Assembly: GCA_009914755.4 (NCBI GenBank)
Contig: CP068257.2
Location: 42,624,001 to 42,688,000 of the forward strand
Direction of reading: 5' to 3'
Source of the DNA: the human T2T-CHM13v2.0 reference genome, Homo sapiens
DNA length: 64,000 bases
Below the pieces are notes generated by a model. That model was given only the letters and a program-made list of their open reading frames with translations, did no database searches and was not told where the DNA came from. Below, piece by piece: positions 46,900 to 61,140 of the stretch. Each line of letters begins with the position of its first letter. Position 1 is the stretch's first letter. The translations under genes and the position numbers were made by a program.

Positions 46900-48526
46900 T
46901 AGGGAACTCAGACCTGGGGACCATGGGAGGCCCCCCACCAGCCTGTGCCTCCTGGCTGTTCTGACCCCCACCCTCTGCCAGCCCAACGTGGCAGCAGTCA
47001 GGGCCAGGGGCAGGCCCTGGGAGAGGGGCTGGGTGGGCAGAGGGTGGTGCCCATGGCGCCTGTGGCGTCACAGTCTGGGAGGCTGGTGCTGGGAGGGAGC
47101 ATTCGGGGTCTGGCCTGGCCTCGCCGTCCTTGGTCCTGATCACCGCTGGGTCTCACTTTGTCCTCTGCAAAATGGGAATGAAGTTGGAGCCAAATGGAGT
47201 GGGTCTGGGGCCAGGAAGGCACCATGGTAGGCAAAATGCCTGTGTATGAGGGTGGTCACCCTCTCAGGCAGGGCCAGAGACTGTCAGACAGGTGGGACTT
47301 GTGCTGAGGGAGACCAGGTGACTGCGCCCAGCCCTGTGACTGCACCTGGCCCTGTGACTCGTGTGCTGTGCCGAGCATTCCCAGGGAACCCACACAGCTG
47401 GACGAGGGCCACTCTATAGAGGGGAGGCTTCCTCAGAGAGGGGCCCCGCCGACCTAGCCAGGCAGCTGCTGTCCCCTCTGTGAGGCCTCAGGCTCACTCT
47501 GAAGAGCCTCTTGAGGGGCCGGGGACATCAGGGCAAGCCAGCCGCTGCTGAGCCTGGGGTGATGGAAATGCCGCTGCTGTGACCGGGCCAGCCATGCACT
47601 CCCAGCCTGCAGGCTGCTGGGTTTTCCAGCCAGTGTCTTGGATGCCTGATGCCGGGTGTGAAACAAAGGACAGTTGATCGCCCCTAGCCGCGGCTGTCAC
47701 CCAGAGCGTCAGCATTCTTGTGCTCCCTGAGCCCGTATTCCCACTGGGTGCTGCGAAGGGGCCAGGGGACCCTAGCACGTGCAGTGGTAACCTGCACTTT
47801 TCCAAGGAGCCTCATCCTGCATGGGGGGTGTCTCCGAGGCTGCTCCCTAAACAGCGTCCTGGAGAGACTGCCCAGAATAAGGTGCCGCCTGTGCCTCACT
47901 TGCAAGATGAAAAAACCTGTGTGGAACACGGAGGGCTGTCTGTGGCCCCGGGGGTCCAGCTGCTGGGCTTCTACAGGGCTGGCCACTGGTGGTCATGGGA
48001 CGGCCACGGCAACCGCAGGCCTGGCTTTCTTGTCCACTGTGGCCGGTTCCCGGGGTGGGGCTGGGGCCTGCCTTTGCAGTGTGTCCCTGGGGGGCAGCTC
48101 CTGGATGTGTCCTCTGCCCAGCCCTTTGGCCGGTGCGGACACACACCAGGGAAGTCACGACATGAGGGCCTCCACGGGAGGATCCATCGCAGCGGATGGG
48201 GCCCTGGGGACCTGGCTCCCGCCCTTGCCTTGCGCGCCTAGCGATGGCAGCGAGCGACGGTGGGTGGGTCGCATTGCATGGCACCCTGCAGCCAGCAGTG
48301 CAGGCTGGGCCTTCCAGCAGGGCAGCGAGGACTCTGTGAAATGGTGTCTGGTGTGCCGTCGTGAATGCTGGTCAGACACGTTTCCATCTCTGATGCCACC
48401 TGTTCTGGAAGCTTCCGTCAGCGTGGGGGGCTCTGGAAGCTGGGGTTTGCACATCTACAGAGGATGGGCATGTGGCTTGGGGTAGAGGGACCAAGTGGGT
48501 GTGCCAGCCTGAACCCTTCCCCACAG

Positions 48527-48652
48527 AGCAGCAAGATGGGCATGGAGGCGGTGATGGCGCTGCTGGAAGCCACGCCTGACACGCCGGCCTGCGTGGTCAC
48601 CCTCTCGGGGAACCAGTCAGTGCGGCTGCCCCTCATGGAGTGCGTGCAGATG
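48527..48652 (+). CDS. PFKL: PFKL exon 10 ([42 protein letters not shown])
   Basis: Acceptor ccccacag|AGCAGC. Donor CAGATG|gtaagc. Confidence 0.9.
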
Positions 48653-49407
48653 GTAAGCCCTGGGCCCCCCCCATCAGAACCGCCTGGCCCCTCTCCCCAG
48701 TCCCCACTCACAGGCCCCACTGCTCTCTGGGGGCCCCAGCACTGTGAGCACCGGAGGGCAGGGCCTCGTGGCTGGCCCAGGGCATCCCAGGTCTCCAGGG
48801 AGGGGAGGGATGTGAGCACATCCCTGGGTGGGACGTGGGACCTGGGACGTTCCCCAGGAGGTGTGTCGGAGCTGCAGGGAGCCTGGTGAGCATGGGAAGT
48901 CACAGGGGTCCACGGCCACTGAGCTTCTGTAGGCAGTGGTGGGAGTTGGGGTTACGATGGGACGGAGGAGGAGGGGCCAGTGATCAGAGCAGAGCCCTGG
49001 GAGGAGCTCAGGCAGGTGATGGGGAACACTGGGGTGGCTGGAGCAGGGACCCCAGGAGAGGAGGTACGGGGAAGGCAGAGGCGAGGGGGCCGGGTGTGGG
49101 GGCTGGTCCAGCCCTGGCTCGGTGGGTTTGGAGGCCTGCAACTGGGGCAGAGTGCCCTGCCTGGAGCTGGAGCTGCTGAGAGGTGAGGAGGGCAGCTGGG
49201 GGCAGGGTAGGGCCTCCTGGTCTCAGCCAGCCCCAGAAGAGCTGGCCTTGGTGGTGACCGCTGTTCCTAGGGAGAGGCTGCCAGGCCTGGGCCAGGGTCA
49301 GGAGATGCCGGCCAGATCTGCCCTCGTCAGGCCCACCAGACAGGGCAGTAGCCATGGGTGTGCGGGCCAGGCTCTCCATAGTCTGTGTTCTGTTTCTCTT
49401 CCTTAAG

Positions 49408-49472
49408 ACCAAGGAAGTGCAGAAAGCCATGGATGACAAGAGGTTTGACGAGGCCACCCAGCTCCGTGGTGG
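49408..49472 (+). CDS. PFKL: PFKL exon 11 (TKEVQKAMDDKRFDEATQLRG + 2 nt)
   Basis: Acceptor tccttaag|ACCAAG. Donor GGTGG|gtaagc. Confidence 0.9.
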
Positions 49473-50140
49473 GTAAGCCCCCTCAGCAGACCCCTGCACT
49501 CTTACATGGCTGGGTCCCGGTGCCAGGCAGCATGTGCTGCAGTGGCGCTATGCACGCCTGGCCTGGGTCATCCTTCTAGGCACCGCGTCTGAAGATCGAG
49601 GGAGGAAGGGGCCTGCGGGTGGTACAGGAGGCGGGCTGGGAGGTGTGGTACCACAGGAGACCCTGGGCGGTGGCACGGGCAGGGCCCAGTGCACAGGGAT
49701 CTGGGCATGGCGAGGGGATGAGAAGCTGTGGATACAAGCCCAGGACATGGGGTGGCCCCGCGGGGGCTGGGAAGGCTGGCAGATGTTGGGTGTGGGTACC
49801 ACCCCCCTGCAGGCGTCCTGGCGGCCGGGTCAGGCTGGATTGGACGTCTGGGTTCCCATGCGTGCCTCCACCCGCTACCAAGGTGGCCAACCCTCCCTTG
49901 AGCTGGATGCCGGCCACGTGCTTTGCTGCACGGGCTGGCGTGGCCTCGTGTTGTGTTGGGGGTCTCGCACCTTCTGTGGAAGGTGCCCTGCCTGGCATGC
50001 GCGGTGTCTGCTGCCTCATGGCTGAGCTTCCATCGGGCCGTGTGCCTGTGACCAGCCTCCTGGGCTCTGTCACGGCTGCGCTGTGGCTGTACGCCGTGGC
50101 GCTGCAGGGCTGTGCATGGTGTGACCCGAATCCCTTCCAG

Positions 50141-50204
50141 GAGCTTCGAGAACAACTGGAACATTTACAAGCTCCTCGCCCACCAGAAGCCCCCCAAGGA
50201 GAAG
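50141..50204 (+). CDS. PFKL: PFKL exon 12 (GSFENNWNIYKLLAHQKPPKEK)
   Basis: Acceptor tcccttccag|GAGCTT. Donor GAGAAG|gtgagg. Confidence 0.9.
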
Positions 50205-50507
50205 GTGAGGCAGGGAGCGGCGCCCACAGAGGGAGGAACGGGCTCAGTTATTCTGCAGCCTCTTCACGCTGGCCCCGTGGCTGGGCCTGCCTGCCCCCAC
50301 CTTCCCTCCTGCTGGGGTCCGAGCTGTGAGCTGGGAGGGTGGGCCTGACCTCTGCCTGGGCTCAGGCACCACTGTGGCTGGCAGGTCCCGGGTGCTGGGA
50401 CCCTGGCTGCAGGGCTGGCTGTTGCTTCTCAGTGGTGGATGGAAATGAAGTCAGGCCACAGGCTTAACTCAGGAGAGGAGAAGCCATTGTGTAGAAAATG
50501 TCCCCCG

Positions 50508-50813
<306 letters not shown>

Positions 50814-51785
50814 TCAGGAAATGGGATCTCTCCAAAATAAGGATGAAATGGCTTGTTTCTAAAGTCCTGGGGGACGAGGGTCCTGTAGAGAGAGTCACGG
50901 CCAGTGAGGTCCTGGCTCCCAAGCCCCTTGAGCCACAGCCGGAGCTGCAGGCCGGGGCAGACAGCGTGGCCCAGCCTGAGTCTGGTCCTCCCTTCCGTGG
51001 ACATCTTTGGGTGTCCCTGCTGCTCCAGCCTCCTGCTTATCCCCAGAGCTAGTCAGCGGGCTCTACCCTCCGTGGTGGGGCAACCTGGTCTCCACGAACC
51101 CAGAACCTGGCAGGGGCGTGACTGGCTTTGTGGGCAGCAGGGCTGGCTCGTACCAGGACCCAGTGGGGCCATGTGGCTATGGAGCCCTTGGGTGTGGCTG
51201 CTGCCAAGTGGGATGTGCTGCACGTGACAGGTGCACGCCAGGTTCAGAGCCTCAGCACGGTGGGTGGAGGGGAGGTGGTGGCGGCCGTCACTGGATTCAC
51301 ATGGATGTGGTGGGGTTTTGGGTCCATCAGGTTAAATTAACTGTAGTCCTGATGGGACTGTCTCCATGTCTTTTCCCTTCCCTTAACGTGGCTACTAGAA
51401 AACAGGATAGCCAGGGCCCCTTCCTTACTCGTGGCTGTGCACCCCCCACCCTCCCGCCCGCTGCCAGCCCCTTGTGTGGGCACTGACCTGTGTTCCCGCC
51501 CGCAAGCCTGGCTTCACAACAGTGCTCGCCCCCTCTGCCTCCTCTGTTGCCTGCGTGCCAGGGGGCCAGGCTTGCACCGTGTCTCTTTTGGTCTTCACCA
51601 GAATCTTCTGGAATTAGAACAGATACCGTATTCCCAGGGCAGTTGGGCGGTGTGCTGGGCAGCGTCCAGGCTGCTGGCAGGGCCTGGCCCCTTTTTCCAG
51701 AACCTGCCGGCCTGCTGACCTCCTGTGCAGGTTGGGGGTCCCCTCCCCGGCTGTGCCTCACGCTCATCTCCCCTTCTCTCTGAAG

Positions 51786-51932
51786 TCTAACTTCTCCCTG
51801 GCCATCCTGAATGTGGGGGCCCCGGCGGCTGGCATGAATGCGGCCGTGCGCTCGGCGGTGCGGACCGGCATCTCCCATGGACACACAGTATACGTGGTGC
51901 ACGATGGCTTCGAAGGCCTAGCCAAGGGTCAG
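51786..51932 (+). CDS. PFKL: PFKL exon 13 ([49 protein letters not shown]; start of C-terminal regulatory half)
   Basis: Acceptor ctctctgaag|TCTAAC. Donor GGTCAG|gtgggt. Confidence 0.9.
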
Positions 51933-52189
51933 GTGGGTCCGGCCGGGGCAAACAAGTGAGGACTTGGGCCTTCTGTGTGCACACTTGGGGCATTTCCTGT
52001 GGAAGGCCGGCTGCTGGAGGTGGAGGCCGAGACCTGGGTCCGCGTGTCGGTGCCCACCCGGGCCTGGGTACTCAGCTCTGCCTGCAGCGTGATGCCCAAC
52101 ACTGGCTGGCCCCCGGGCACAGGCCCACCCCTGGGGGGAATTGGCCAGAGGCTCAGGCTGGCCCCTGAAGCTGCATCTCCTCCTGGCAG

Positions 52190-52260
52190 GTGCAAGAAGT
52201 AGGCTGGCACGACGTGGCCGGCTGGTTGGGGCGTGGTGGCTCCATGCTGGGGACCAAGAG
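52190..52260 (+). CDS. PFKL: PFKL exon 14 ([23 protein letters not shown] + 2 nt)
   Basis: Acceptor tcctggcag|GTGCAA. Donor CAAGAG|gtgagc. Confidence 0.9.
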
Positions 52261-53018
52261 GTGAGCTGCCTGCTGCGGGTACCTGGGGACAGGAGGGCCA
52301 GGGCGCAGTATCCAGGCCCTGCAGGTGGGGGCGGCAAGGGGAACCCAGCCCGGGGCCCTGGGCTCGGCCCCTCTTCCTGCTGGTGGTCTGCCCAGAGCAG
52401 GCTTCACGCCTCCTGCCTGGGGCTTCCTGGCCTGAGCTCCGCTGTGTAGGGCAGGCTGCTCTGGCGGCCCCATGCCCATGGTGGGCTCTCCGTGGCAAGG
52501 AAGCTGGCGAGCGTCTGTCCCTGCCTGGCCAGGCCAGGCAGCCTGCACTGTCAGCACTCTGGCTGAGGCTATGGGCCTGTCTGATGGCTTTTGTCCCAGG
52601 GCCTGAGACCCTTCTGTGGGCATGGGGTGGGCACAGTCCCCCTGTGTGACTACAGGGGAAGTTGCTGAGTCCTGAGCCACTGAGTGGCTGCAAGGGCCAG
52701 AGGAAGCATCCGCTCCTGCCGCTGAGTGTTGGGCGAGAAAGCCTCGGGCAGGAACGGGTTCCCACGGGGAGCCCAGCGGGGTGGGGGGTTCACTCGGTTG
52801 CCTGGCCGGTGCCTGGTGATGCTGAGTGGTGCCCAGGCGGCTCACGCTGGGCCTGTGTGTCCCTCTCCGTGTGGAGCCACAGCGCCACATCCCGGGCATT
52901 GCAGCGACTGCTGACTGGCTCGGGGAACGGCCAAGGCAATGCCTTTCTGTGATCAGATGCAATCTGGACACGCGTCCCCGGGTGCTGCGTGTTCATGCGG
53001 ATGTGTCTTTGACTGCAG

Positions 53019-53106
53019 GACCCTGCCCAAGGGCCAGCTGGAGTCCATTGTGGAGAACATCCGCATCTATGGTATTCACGCCCTGCTGGTGGTCGGTGGG
53101 TTTGAG
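53019..53106 (+). CDS. PFKL: PFKL exon 15 (RTLPKGQLESIVENIRIYGIHALLVVGGFE)
   Basis: Acceptor tgactgcag|GACCCT. Donor TTTGAG|gtgaga. Confidence 0.9.
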
Positions 53107-53189
53107 GTGAGAGCTGCCCACGGACGAAAAAGCCCCAGGGCACAGGAGACCCAAGGTGTCCTCCCGCCGAGGGGGCCCATCCTGAAAAC

Positions 53190-53340
53190 CCGTGTGCTGG
53201 CTGGGCCGATGCAGGGGCCGAGAGGGTCGGGGTTTTAAGTGCTGTGTGTGGGCTCGGGAGGGCACCCGTGTGCCAGCTGGGCTGATGCAGGGGCCGAGAG
53301 GGTTGGGGTTTTAAGTGCTGTGTGTGGGCTCGGGAGGGTT
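53190..53340 (+). repeat. About 77-bp tandem duplication in PFKL intron 15 (CGTGTGCYRGCTGGGCYGATGCAGGGGCCGAGAGGGTYGGGGTTTTAAGTGCTGTGTGTGGGCTCGGGAGGG x2)
   Basis: Two adjacent copies with about 5 mismatches. Confidence 0.85.
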
Positions 53341-53822
53341 CTTTACTTTCTCCGGAAAGCTTCACAAGGTTCCGATTAACCCCAGTGCTGGGGAGGGGCA
53401 GGGGAGGAAGGGGACTCGGAAGCTGGAGGACGAGAAAGAAGGGAGGCGGAGGAGGCAGAGGTGTAGGTGCTGGACGGCATCGCTGAACGTGGTGTCCTGG
53501 CACTGGGCAAGCTGTCACTAAATAATGAATAAATGACAGCCCTTCCCCCTTGCCCTCCATGGAGTGGATCTGGGGTCAGAGTGGGTTGGAGGAGACTCCT
53601 GACCCTCCTTAGAGTCCAGTTTCCCTGGTAGGCATCCTGAGATGACACCAGGCTGACTGCCTGGCCCAGCCCCAGGGGATTGAGCAGGTGGGTCCTGGCG
53701 TCCAGCACGGGGCACATGACAGGTCAGCAGGGAGCAGGGCTGGGCGGCCGCCGGCAGAGCCTGTCCCTGGCCCACCCTGGCCTCGGTGCTGCCCTTGACC
53801 TGCCCCGTCCCTACTGCTGCAG

Positions 53823-53975
53823 GCCTATGAAGGGGTGCTGCAGCTGGTGGAGGCTCGCGGGCGCTACGAGGAGCTCTGCATCGTCATGTGTGTCATCCCA
53901 GCCACCATCAGCAACAACGTCCCTGGCACCGACTTCAGCCTGGGCTCCGACACTGCTGTAAATGCCGCCATGGAG
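53823..53975 (+). CDS. PFKL: PFKL exon 16 ([51 protein letters not shown])
   Basis: Acceptor ctactgctgcag|GCCTAT. Donor ATGGAG|gtacgg. Confidence 0.9.
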
Positions 53976-54547
53976 GTACGGGGCTCCTGGACACCGGCCT
54001 GCCATGCCCAGGCCCTTGTGGGGTGGGGCTGAGCCTACGGAGGCTGCTGGAGGGGATAGTGTGTGGTGAGCACCTGGGAGGGCTGCCAGGGTTGGGGTTT
54101 GTGGGGCACAGGCCCGGGTGAAGGGGCTCAGCTCCCTGCCATAGCCACTTCCAGGTCCAGGGGGGCCCTGCGTTGTTCCTCGCTACTGTGATGAGCTCAG
54201 ATGGGGAGACTGAGGCGGGAATGTCCCTGCGCCCCAGTGCTGGGTAGTCTAAGAGCAGCGCCTGGCCTCTGTCCAAGGGTGCCGGGGACACCCCTGCCCA
54301 CTCACAGCCAGTGTGTGTGCAGGCTGCTGTCCACTGTGCCCTGGGGGGTGGGGTCGCCTGGTTGAGAACCCCTGGTCCTGTGGGGCCCAGGTGGGAGGTG
54401 GGCCCAAGCCTGGTGCTGCTGGCTGTCTGGGTGCGTCAGCCCCAGGCTGGCTTTGGAGACACAGGGCTCCCTGCAGGGTAGCCATGCCGACGGCCTACAG
54501 GGAAGGGTGGGCACGTGGAGGACCCCCGACCCCCCCTTGTCCCCCAG

Positions 54548-54712
54548 AGCTGTGACCGCATCAAACAGTCTGCCTCGGGGACCAAGCGCCGTGTGTTCAT
54601 CGTGGAGACCATGGGGGGTTACTGTGGCTACCTGGCCACCGTGACTGGCATTGCTGTGGGGGCCGACGCCGCCTACGTCTTCGAGGACCCTTTCAACATC
54701 CACGACTTAAAG
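54548..54712 (+). CDS. PFKL: PFKL exon 17 ([55 protein letters not shown])
   Basis: Acceptor ccttgtcccccag|AGCTGT. Donor TTAAAG|gtgagc. Confidence 0.9.
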
Positions 54713-54912
54713 GTGAGCCCAGCCCAGCCCCTGCTGCGGCAGACCTGCCGGCATGCCAGCCTGGGCCCCAGACACTCAGGCCGGCCAGCGCAGGGCAGGG
54801 CCCGGGCAGGTGGGACGCGTAGCCCAGTGCTCCTGCTGGCCCCGGATCGCCGGTCAGCCTGGAATTCCCTCCCCACAGTCCTCCGGCTCATCCGTGTCCG
54901 CCCCTCCCGCAG

Positions 54913-54974
54913 GTCAACGTGGAGCACATGACGGAGAAGATGAAGACAGACATTCAGAGGGGCCTGGTGCTGCG
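54913..54974 (+). CDS. PFKL: PFKL exon 18 ([20 protein letters not shown] + 2 nt)
   Basis: Acceptor cctcccgcag|GTCAAC. Donor CTGCG|gtgagg. Confidence 0.9.
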
Positions 54975-55209
54975 GTGAGGCTGCCGTGGGTCCCTGGCCA
55001 CAGCTGCGCGTCCAACTCTCGGGGCTGGGGTGGGGCTGCTGAGGAGCGGCTGGGCAGGAGAAGGCAGGAGGGGTCCTTGGAGAGGGTGGGCCAGGGCGGC
55101 TTTCCTGGGAGCTGCCACTCCCTCTCCCAGGCCTGGCCCAGCGGGGACTCAGGATCGGGGGGAGACCTGAACTCGTTCCCGCCGACTCAGGCCCTGCTGC
55201 CCCTCTCAG

Positions 55210-55321
55210 GAACGAGAAGTGCCATGACTACTACACCACGGAGTTCCTGTACAACCTGTACTCATCAGAGGGCAAGGGCGTCTTCGACTGCAGGACCAAT
55301 GTCCTGGGCCACCTGCAGCAG
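55210..55321 (+). CDS. PFKL: PFKL exon 19 ([38 protein letters not shown])
   Basis: Acceptor cccctctcag|GAACGA. Donor CAGCAG|gtgtgg. Confidence 0.9.
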
Positions 55322-56017
55322 GTGTGGGGCAGGGGTGAGGCTCTGAGAGGCCTGCCCCTCTTTCCTGCCACCATCTGTCCCCGGCCCCAGGGGTCCCAGC
55401 CCTCACGGGCACCCACGGGCACTCCCGGCAGGCCCTCGGGCACGTGTGCCCTTCCCCAGTGAGGGGACCGAGGCCTGTATCTAGGTGAGGTCTCATTTCA
55501 AGAAGGGGTGGGGCTGGGGCTGGAGCCGGGGCCCGAGCCAGGGCATTCACATGCTGAGCCGAGCTCCCCACCCCTGCCAGGCCTCCCGCGGCCACTTCCG
55601 CCGAACCCCTCACCTAGATCCCCGCATGCTCCCTGCCTTATGGTGGCCCTGCAGGAAGCCCGCGTCCTGGGGTTTTCTGAGCCAGGGAGGGGAGTCAGGG
55701 TGGCTGGGCATGGGGCCCGAGGTGATGGGGCCCGAGGTGGGGCCGCTGGCTGCCGATGCAGGGCCCAGGAGTCACTTGACTTGGCCAGGGGCAGCCGACT
55801 GCCGGCCTCGGGAGGCAGCTTCTGGCCTGGACTTGGAGCTGGAGAGAGCAGGCAGGGTCCTCGATCGGGAACAGACGGGAACGGTGCACGGGTTGGAAGG
55901 AATGGGTGTTCACAAGCTGCCTGGGAGGCTCCCCGTGGGGATCCTGTCTGCACTGGCGTTGGCCTTGGCCCAGGCAGCCCAGGGGAGTCCAGGGAACCGG
56001 GCCTCACCTGTTTCCAG

Positions 56018-56117
56018 GGTGGCGCTCCAACCCCCTTTGACCGGAACTATGGGACCAAGCTGGGGGTGAAGGCCATGCTGTGGTTGTCGGAGAAGCTGCG
56101 CGAGGTTTACCGCAAGG
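56018..56117 (+). CDS. PFKL: PFKL exon 20 (GGAPTPFDRNYGTKLGVKAMLWLSEKLREVYRK + 1 nt)
   Basis: Acceptor tgtttccag|GGTGGC. Donor CAAGG|gtaggt. Confidence 0.9.
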
Positions 56118-56215
56118 GTAGGTGGTGGGTGCGACCCGAGGCCTCACTTTGCCCTCCCCTGGCTCCCTGGGGCAGGGCCTCACCATGGAGGGCTGCCACG
56201 TGCCTCTGTTTGCAG

Positions 56216-56321
56216 GACGGGTGTTCGCCAATGCCCCAGACTCGGCCTGCGTGATCGGCCTGAAGAAGAAGGCGGTGGCCTTCAGCCCCGTCACTGAGCT
56301 CAAGAAAGACACTGATTTCGA
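56216..56321 (+). CDS. PFKL: PFKL exon 21 ([35 protein letters not shown] + 2 nt)
   Basis: Acceptor ctgtttgcag|GACGGG. Donor TTCGA|gtgagt. Confidence 0.88.
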
Positions 56322-56771
56322 GTGAGTTCCACCAAAGCCTCGTGGAGGCGGGTGGGGCTGAGGGGTGGCCCAGACCTTCCCTGAGGCCGGTGTGCCAGAC
56401 CCAGCCCCACTGGCACCCTGACCCCGCAAGGCCTCCTGGGCCCCCATGCCCAGGTCCCCGCCAGGCCGTGGAGAGCAGGGACCATGCCCAAGTCTTCTGA
56501 GCACAACACTGGGCAATCCTTTCGGGTGGGCATGGGGGCACAGCGGGTAGCCAGGAGTGGGCACGCTTGAGGGCGGCTGAGGCTGACTCTGTGCTGTGCC
56601 TCCGAGGGATGGGGACCCCAGACCTGTCCCAGCTCCACGGATACCGAGATGTTCAGACAGAGGGGCATGCACAGGCTGCAGGGTCGGGGGGGGTGGGGGG
56701 GCTGGGGACGTGGCTGAAGAGCTGCCCTGACCCCTGACTCCCCATCATCCTCCCATCCCCGTCCTGCACAG

Positions 56772-56919
56772 GCACCGCATGCCACGGGAGCAGTGGTGGC
56801 TGAGCCTGCGGCTCATGCTGAAGATGCTGGCACAATACCGCATCAGTATGGCCGCCTACGTGTCAGGGGAGCTGGAGCACGTGACCCGCCGCACCCTGAG
56901 CATGGACAAGGGCTTCTGA
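56772..56919 (+). CDS. PFKL: PFKL exon 22, terminal coding exon (EHRMPREQWWLSLRLMLKMLAQYRISMAAYVSGELEHVTRRTLSMDKGF*; TGA 56917-56919)
   Basis: Acceptor tcctgcacag|GCACCG. In-frame TGA. Confidence 0.9.
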
Positions 56920-57388
56920 GGCCAGCCATGCCCACGCCCCTCCCCAGCCCCCACCCATGCCAGCGCAGCGCCAGGGCTCAGATGGGGCCTGGGCTGTTGT
57001 GTCTGGAGCCTGCAGGCAGGTGGGGGCTGCGTCCCTGCTCAGCCCATCCCCTGCCTCTATCCCTGGCCACCTGCCAGGCCTCCCTCCGGCTGGTGTCTTG
57101 AGACCAGCCTGCCAGGCCCTCCAGCAGGAGGACAGAGTGCCCTGGGGCATCCACCTTCCTGCCCAGGGGACGTGGCGCTGTCGGTGTTTGGAGGCTGCTG
57201 CCCCCTGGCTTTGGCGCCCCATGGGCCCTCAGCGTCTCCCCATGCTGGGCTCACTACATGGGCCAGCCCTTGCTCTACCTGGCCGGTAGGCTGCTGGCGC
57301 CTAGGTTGTGTTGAGAGGGGGATGCCCCTGGCCCTGCCTCACTGTGACCTGCTCCTGCCCACGTGCAGCACCTGTCACCTTTTCTAGA

Positions 57389-57394
57389 AATAAA
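57389..57394 (+). terminator. PFKL: PFKL polyadenylation signal AATAAA; cleavage expected about 57410-57420
   Basis: A canonical hexamer about 470 nt after the stop ('tttctagAAATAAAatcaccctgactg'). Confidence 0.75.
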
Positions 57395-59973
57395 ATCACC
57401 CTGACTGTGGGGTGCATCGGTCTCCGGAGAGCACAGCCTGCAGAACTCCTCAGAGAGAGGGGGGAGCAGCACCGAGCGGCCAGCCCAGTGGGCAGCAGCC
57501 CCAGGGGTGGAGGGCCCTCTGGCCAGTGCCTGGGCCAGGTCAAAGGGACATGTGCCCTGAGAGGCCACAGGTGCTCTTCAGGACTCCCTGGGGGCCACCA
57601 GGGTGACCTGAGCCCCTCCTGGTCCTCCCCTGGGGGCAGAAGGGTACAGCCTCACTCCTCTGTCTCCCCAACCTCAGCCTGAGTGGGGGTCTCCAACCTG
57701 CAGGCTGGTGGCTGGCTTGAGCCAGTATCCAGGAGACATTGATGGTGGACACGCAAGAGGGGAAAAGAAGGCAGCGCAGAGCTGCGCCCACCAGGGGCTA
57801 GGGCTGAGTCCTGCAGGCGGCTACGGGGTGGTGGACGCCCTGCTTGCAGGATGCCTGTTAACCTCAGCGTCGAAGCCTGCGCTCTGCATCATGAACGTGG
57901 GAGGTGCTTGCCCAAGAGGGCTGCTTCCTGCCCGCAGTGCCACCCTGGGGATGTGGTTTTGGGACACAGGAGGTGTCTCAAGGGAGACCCTGGCTTGGAG
58001 GGGCCTAAGGGCCACTTTGAGGGCCCCTGGGCAGTCTCCTGGTTGAGCTCAGGCCAGTGGGGTGGCCTAGGGACCTGGTGAAGGGGCTGGGGACCCTCTT
58101 GCCCTCGGGCACCTTGATATTCCCAAGAGCCCCTCACTGTGTTGGCCCTAGTGCCGGAGGCCTCCAGATTGCTTAACTCGAGCTGGGGTGGAGGGGCCCA
58201 CACCTAGTGGCCTTCTAGTTCATTCTGAGCTGGGCCATCCTGGGGCCAGGCCCAGGAGTGGACAGTTGTCCAAGGACAGTGCTCCGGGGTCTGCAGCTCT
58301 GTCTCAAAGGAAGAGAGAAACAGGTTCATAGGCCCAGGGAACCACACAGGCATGCTCTGGGGGCCTCCGTTGTGTCACACCGTCTGGGATCAGGACTCAG
58401 TTCTGAGTAGACCCCCTCGGCCTGCCCTGCCTGATGAGGTGTTAGAACCTGTTCAGCTGCCACTCAGCTGCTGCACCCAGGTGGTCGCCTGTGGCTGATG
58501 CCCGGGACAGTGGCTGCCTCCCTCCTGGGCGACGTGGTGTGGCGAGCGCCTGCGTCAGGCCCACTTCTGGCTGCGTGGAGTTGGCGTTTCTGGCATTTCG
58601 GGCAGAGTGACGCGACCTCCTGGGCCCTTGGTCCTCTCCTGTGAACTGGGTGAATGGGACAGAGTGTGATGCCAGTGCTGCTCGGCTTGAGAACCCATTT
58701 TTGGGGTGACTTGGGGAGGAGTGGAGTGGGACTGTGGGGTGCCCCGGGCTGGACGTGCTTCTGGCTGTCCTCCATGGCTGGGTGCATTGGGTGAGGAGGT
58801 GCCGGGAGGGGAACAGGCAGGAGGCGGCAATGGTGGGGACGGGGTAGGGGGAACCGTGGGGCTGAAGGCAGGCAGCTGCCCCCACAGGTCCCACCCAAGG
58901 TGTGCATGATGTGGGGCAGGAGGGCGCTGGTGTAAGCCCCGCATGTCCACGGCAGCCCATGTCGGGGGAAGTGGAAGGGACTCAATTTAAAACGACCTCA
59001 ACCATTCCAACAAAGCGCTTTACTGAGGGCACCCACTCCACAGTCCCAAGGAGGCAGACACAGGCCTGAACTGTCCACCCTCTATGTCCCGAGTGGTGAC
59101 TCCACTCCCCACTGCTCAGAGATCACACCCCTTCTGGAGAGCTTGCATCCCTTCTGGAGAGCTTGCACGGATGAGTGACTGTCTTCACCCTGGGCTTCCC
59201 CAAGTCCGGCGACAGTGGCTGCCCCAGTGCTGCAGCTGGCTCTGGTGACGGTGGCACGGCATGGCCCCGAGCTTGGGAGAACAGCGGCCTGCACACACGG
59301 TCACGCATCACCGCTCGGCGGAGGATGGGAATATCTCATGGAGATCTGGATCTCAACCCCACATGGGACAAGGGCCCAGGGACCTGGCTTTCCTACACAC
59401 CAGCTGGAAGGCTGACTCCCCATCTCACGTGAATGCTTCCTTGGTTTTGGGGGGCACTAGGAAGGTCCCCAGGGCCACGGGTCACTGCCCAGATTGTGGC
59501 ATCCTCATAAGACTTGCGACTCTTCCCAGAGGAAAGAAAACCCCTCTCAGATGCTCCAAGGACTCCCCTAGTCTAGCTGCTTCCTGTGCCAGGCCCGGAC
59601 CCCAGGGCGAACAGGCCTGTTCATCCACAACCTCACAGCTGAGGGCCCTCCTGCAGTTCTTCACAGGAGAGAGAAAGGAAGGCGCACCTGCCCAGCCCGG
59701 CCAAGAAAACAAAACTCTCTCCCATGGGTGCGGGAGGCTGCTGCCTGCCTGCTGAGCAGCTCAGGGCAGATGTCGCTATGGGTGCCAGCATTCTCGAAGT
59801 CTCCCTTGCCCAACAGAAATCTATCCAAGGACCAAGGGCTGGAATCGGCAAAGCCATCCGTGAAGACCTCCTCATTCTGTGGAGAAACGGCCCTTGCTTT
59901 CAGGAAGACTGTCACAACCATGCCTTGGGAAACGTCACCTCCAGATCAACCTTGGGAAAATCTTTTATTAGGG

Positions 59974-59979
59974 AGGACA
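59974..59979 (-). terminator. CFAP410: CFAP410 polyadenylation signal (AATAAA on the minus strand; plus-strand tttatt); cleavage about 59950-59958
   Basis: Minus-strand context cctAATAAAagattttcccaagg, about 280 nt 3' of the stop. Confidence 0.65.
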
Positions 59980-60102
59980 GCCTGCAAAATCCTCCCTTTA
60001 AGAGCCCAGGCCAGCCTAGAACCTCCAGACCACAGAAGGGGAGTCCTGGGGACAGGACTGGTGTAGACAGGCATCTCCACCGCCCCGGTTAGCCAGTACC
60101 TA

Positions 60103-61140
<1,038 letters not shown>
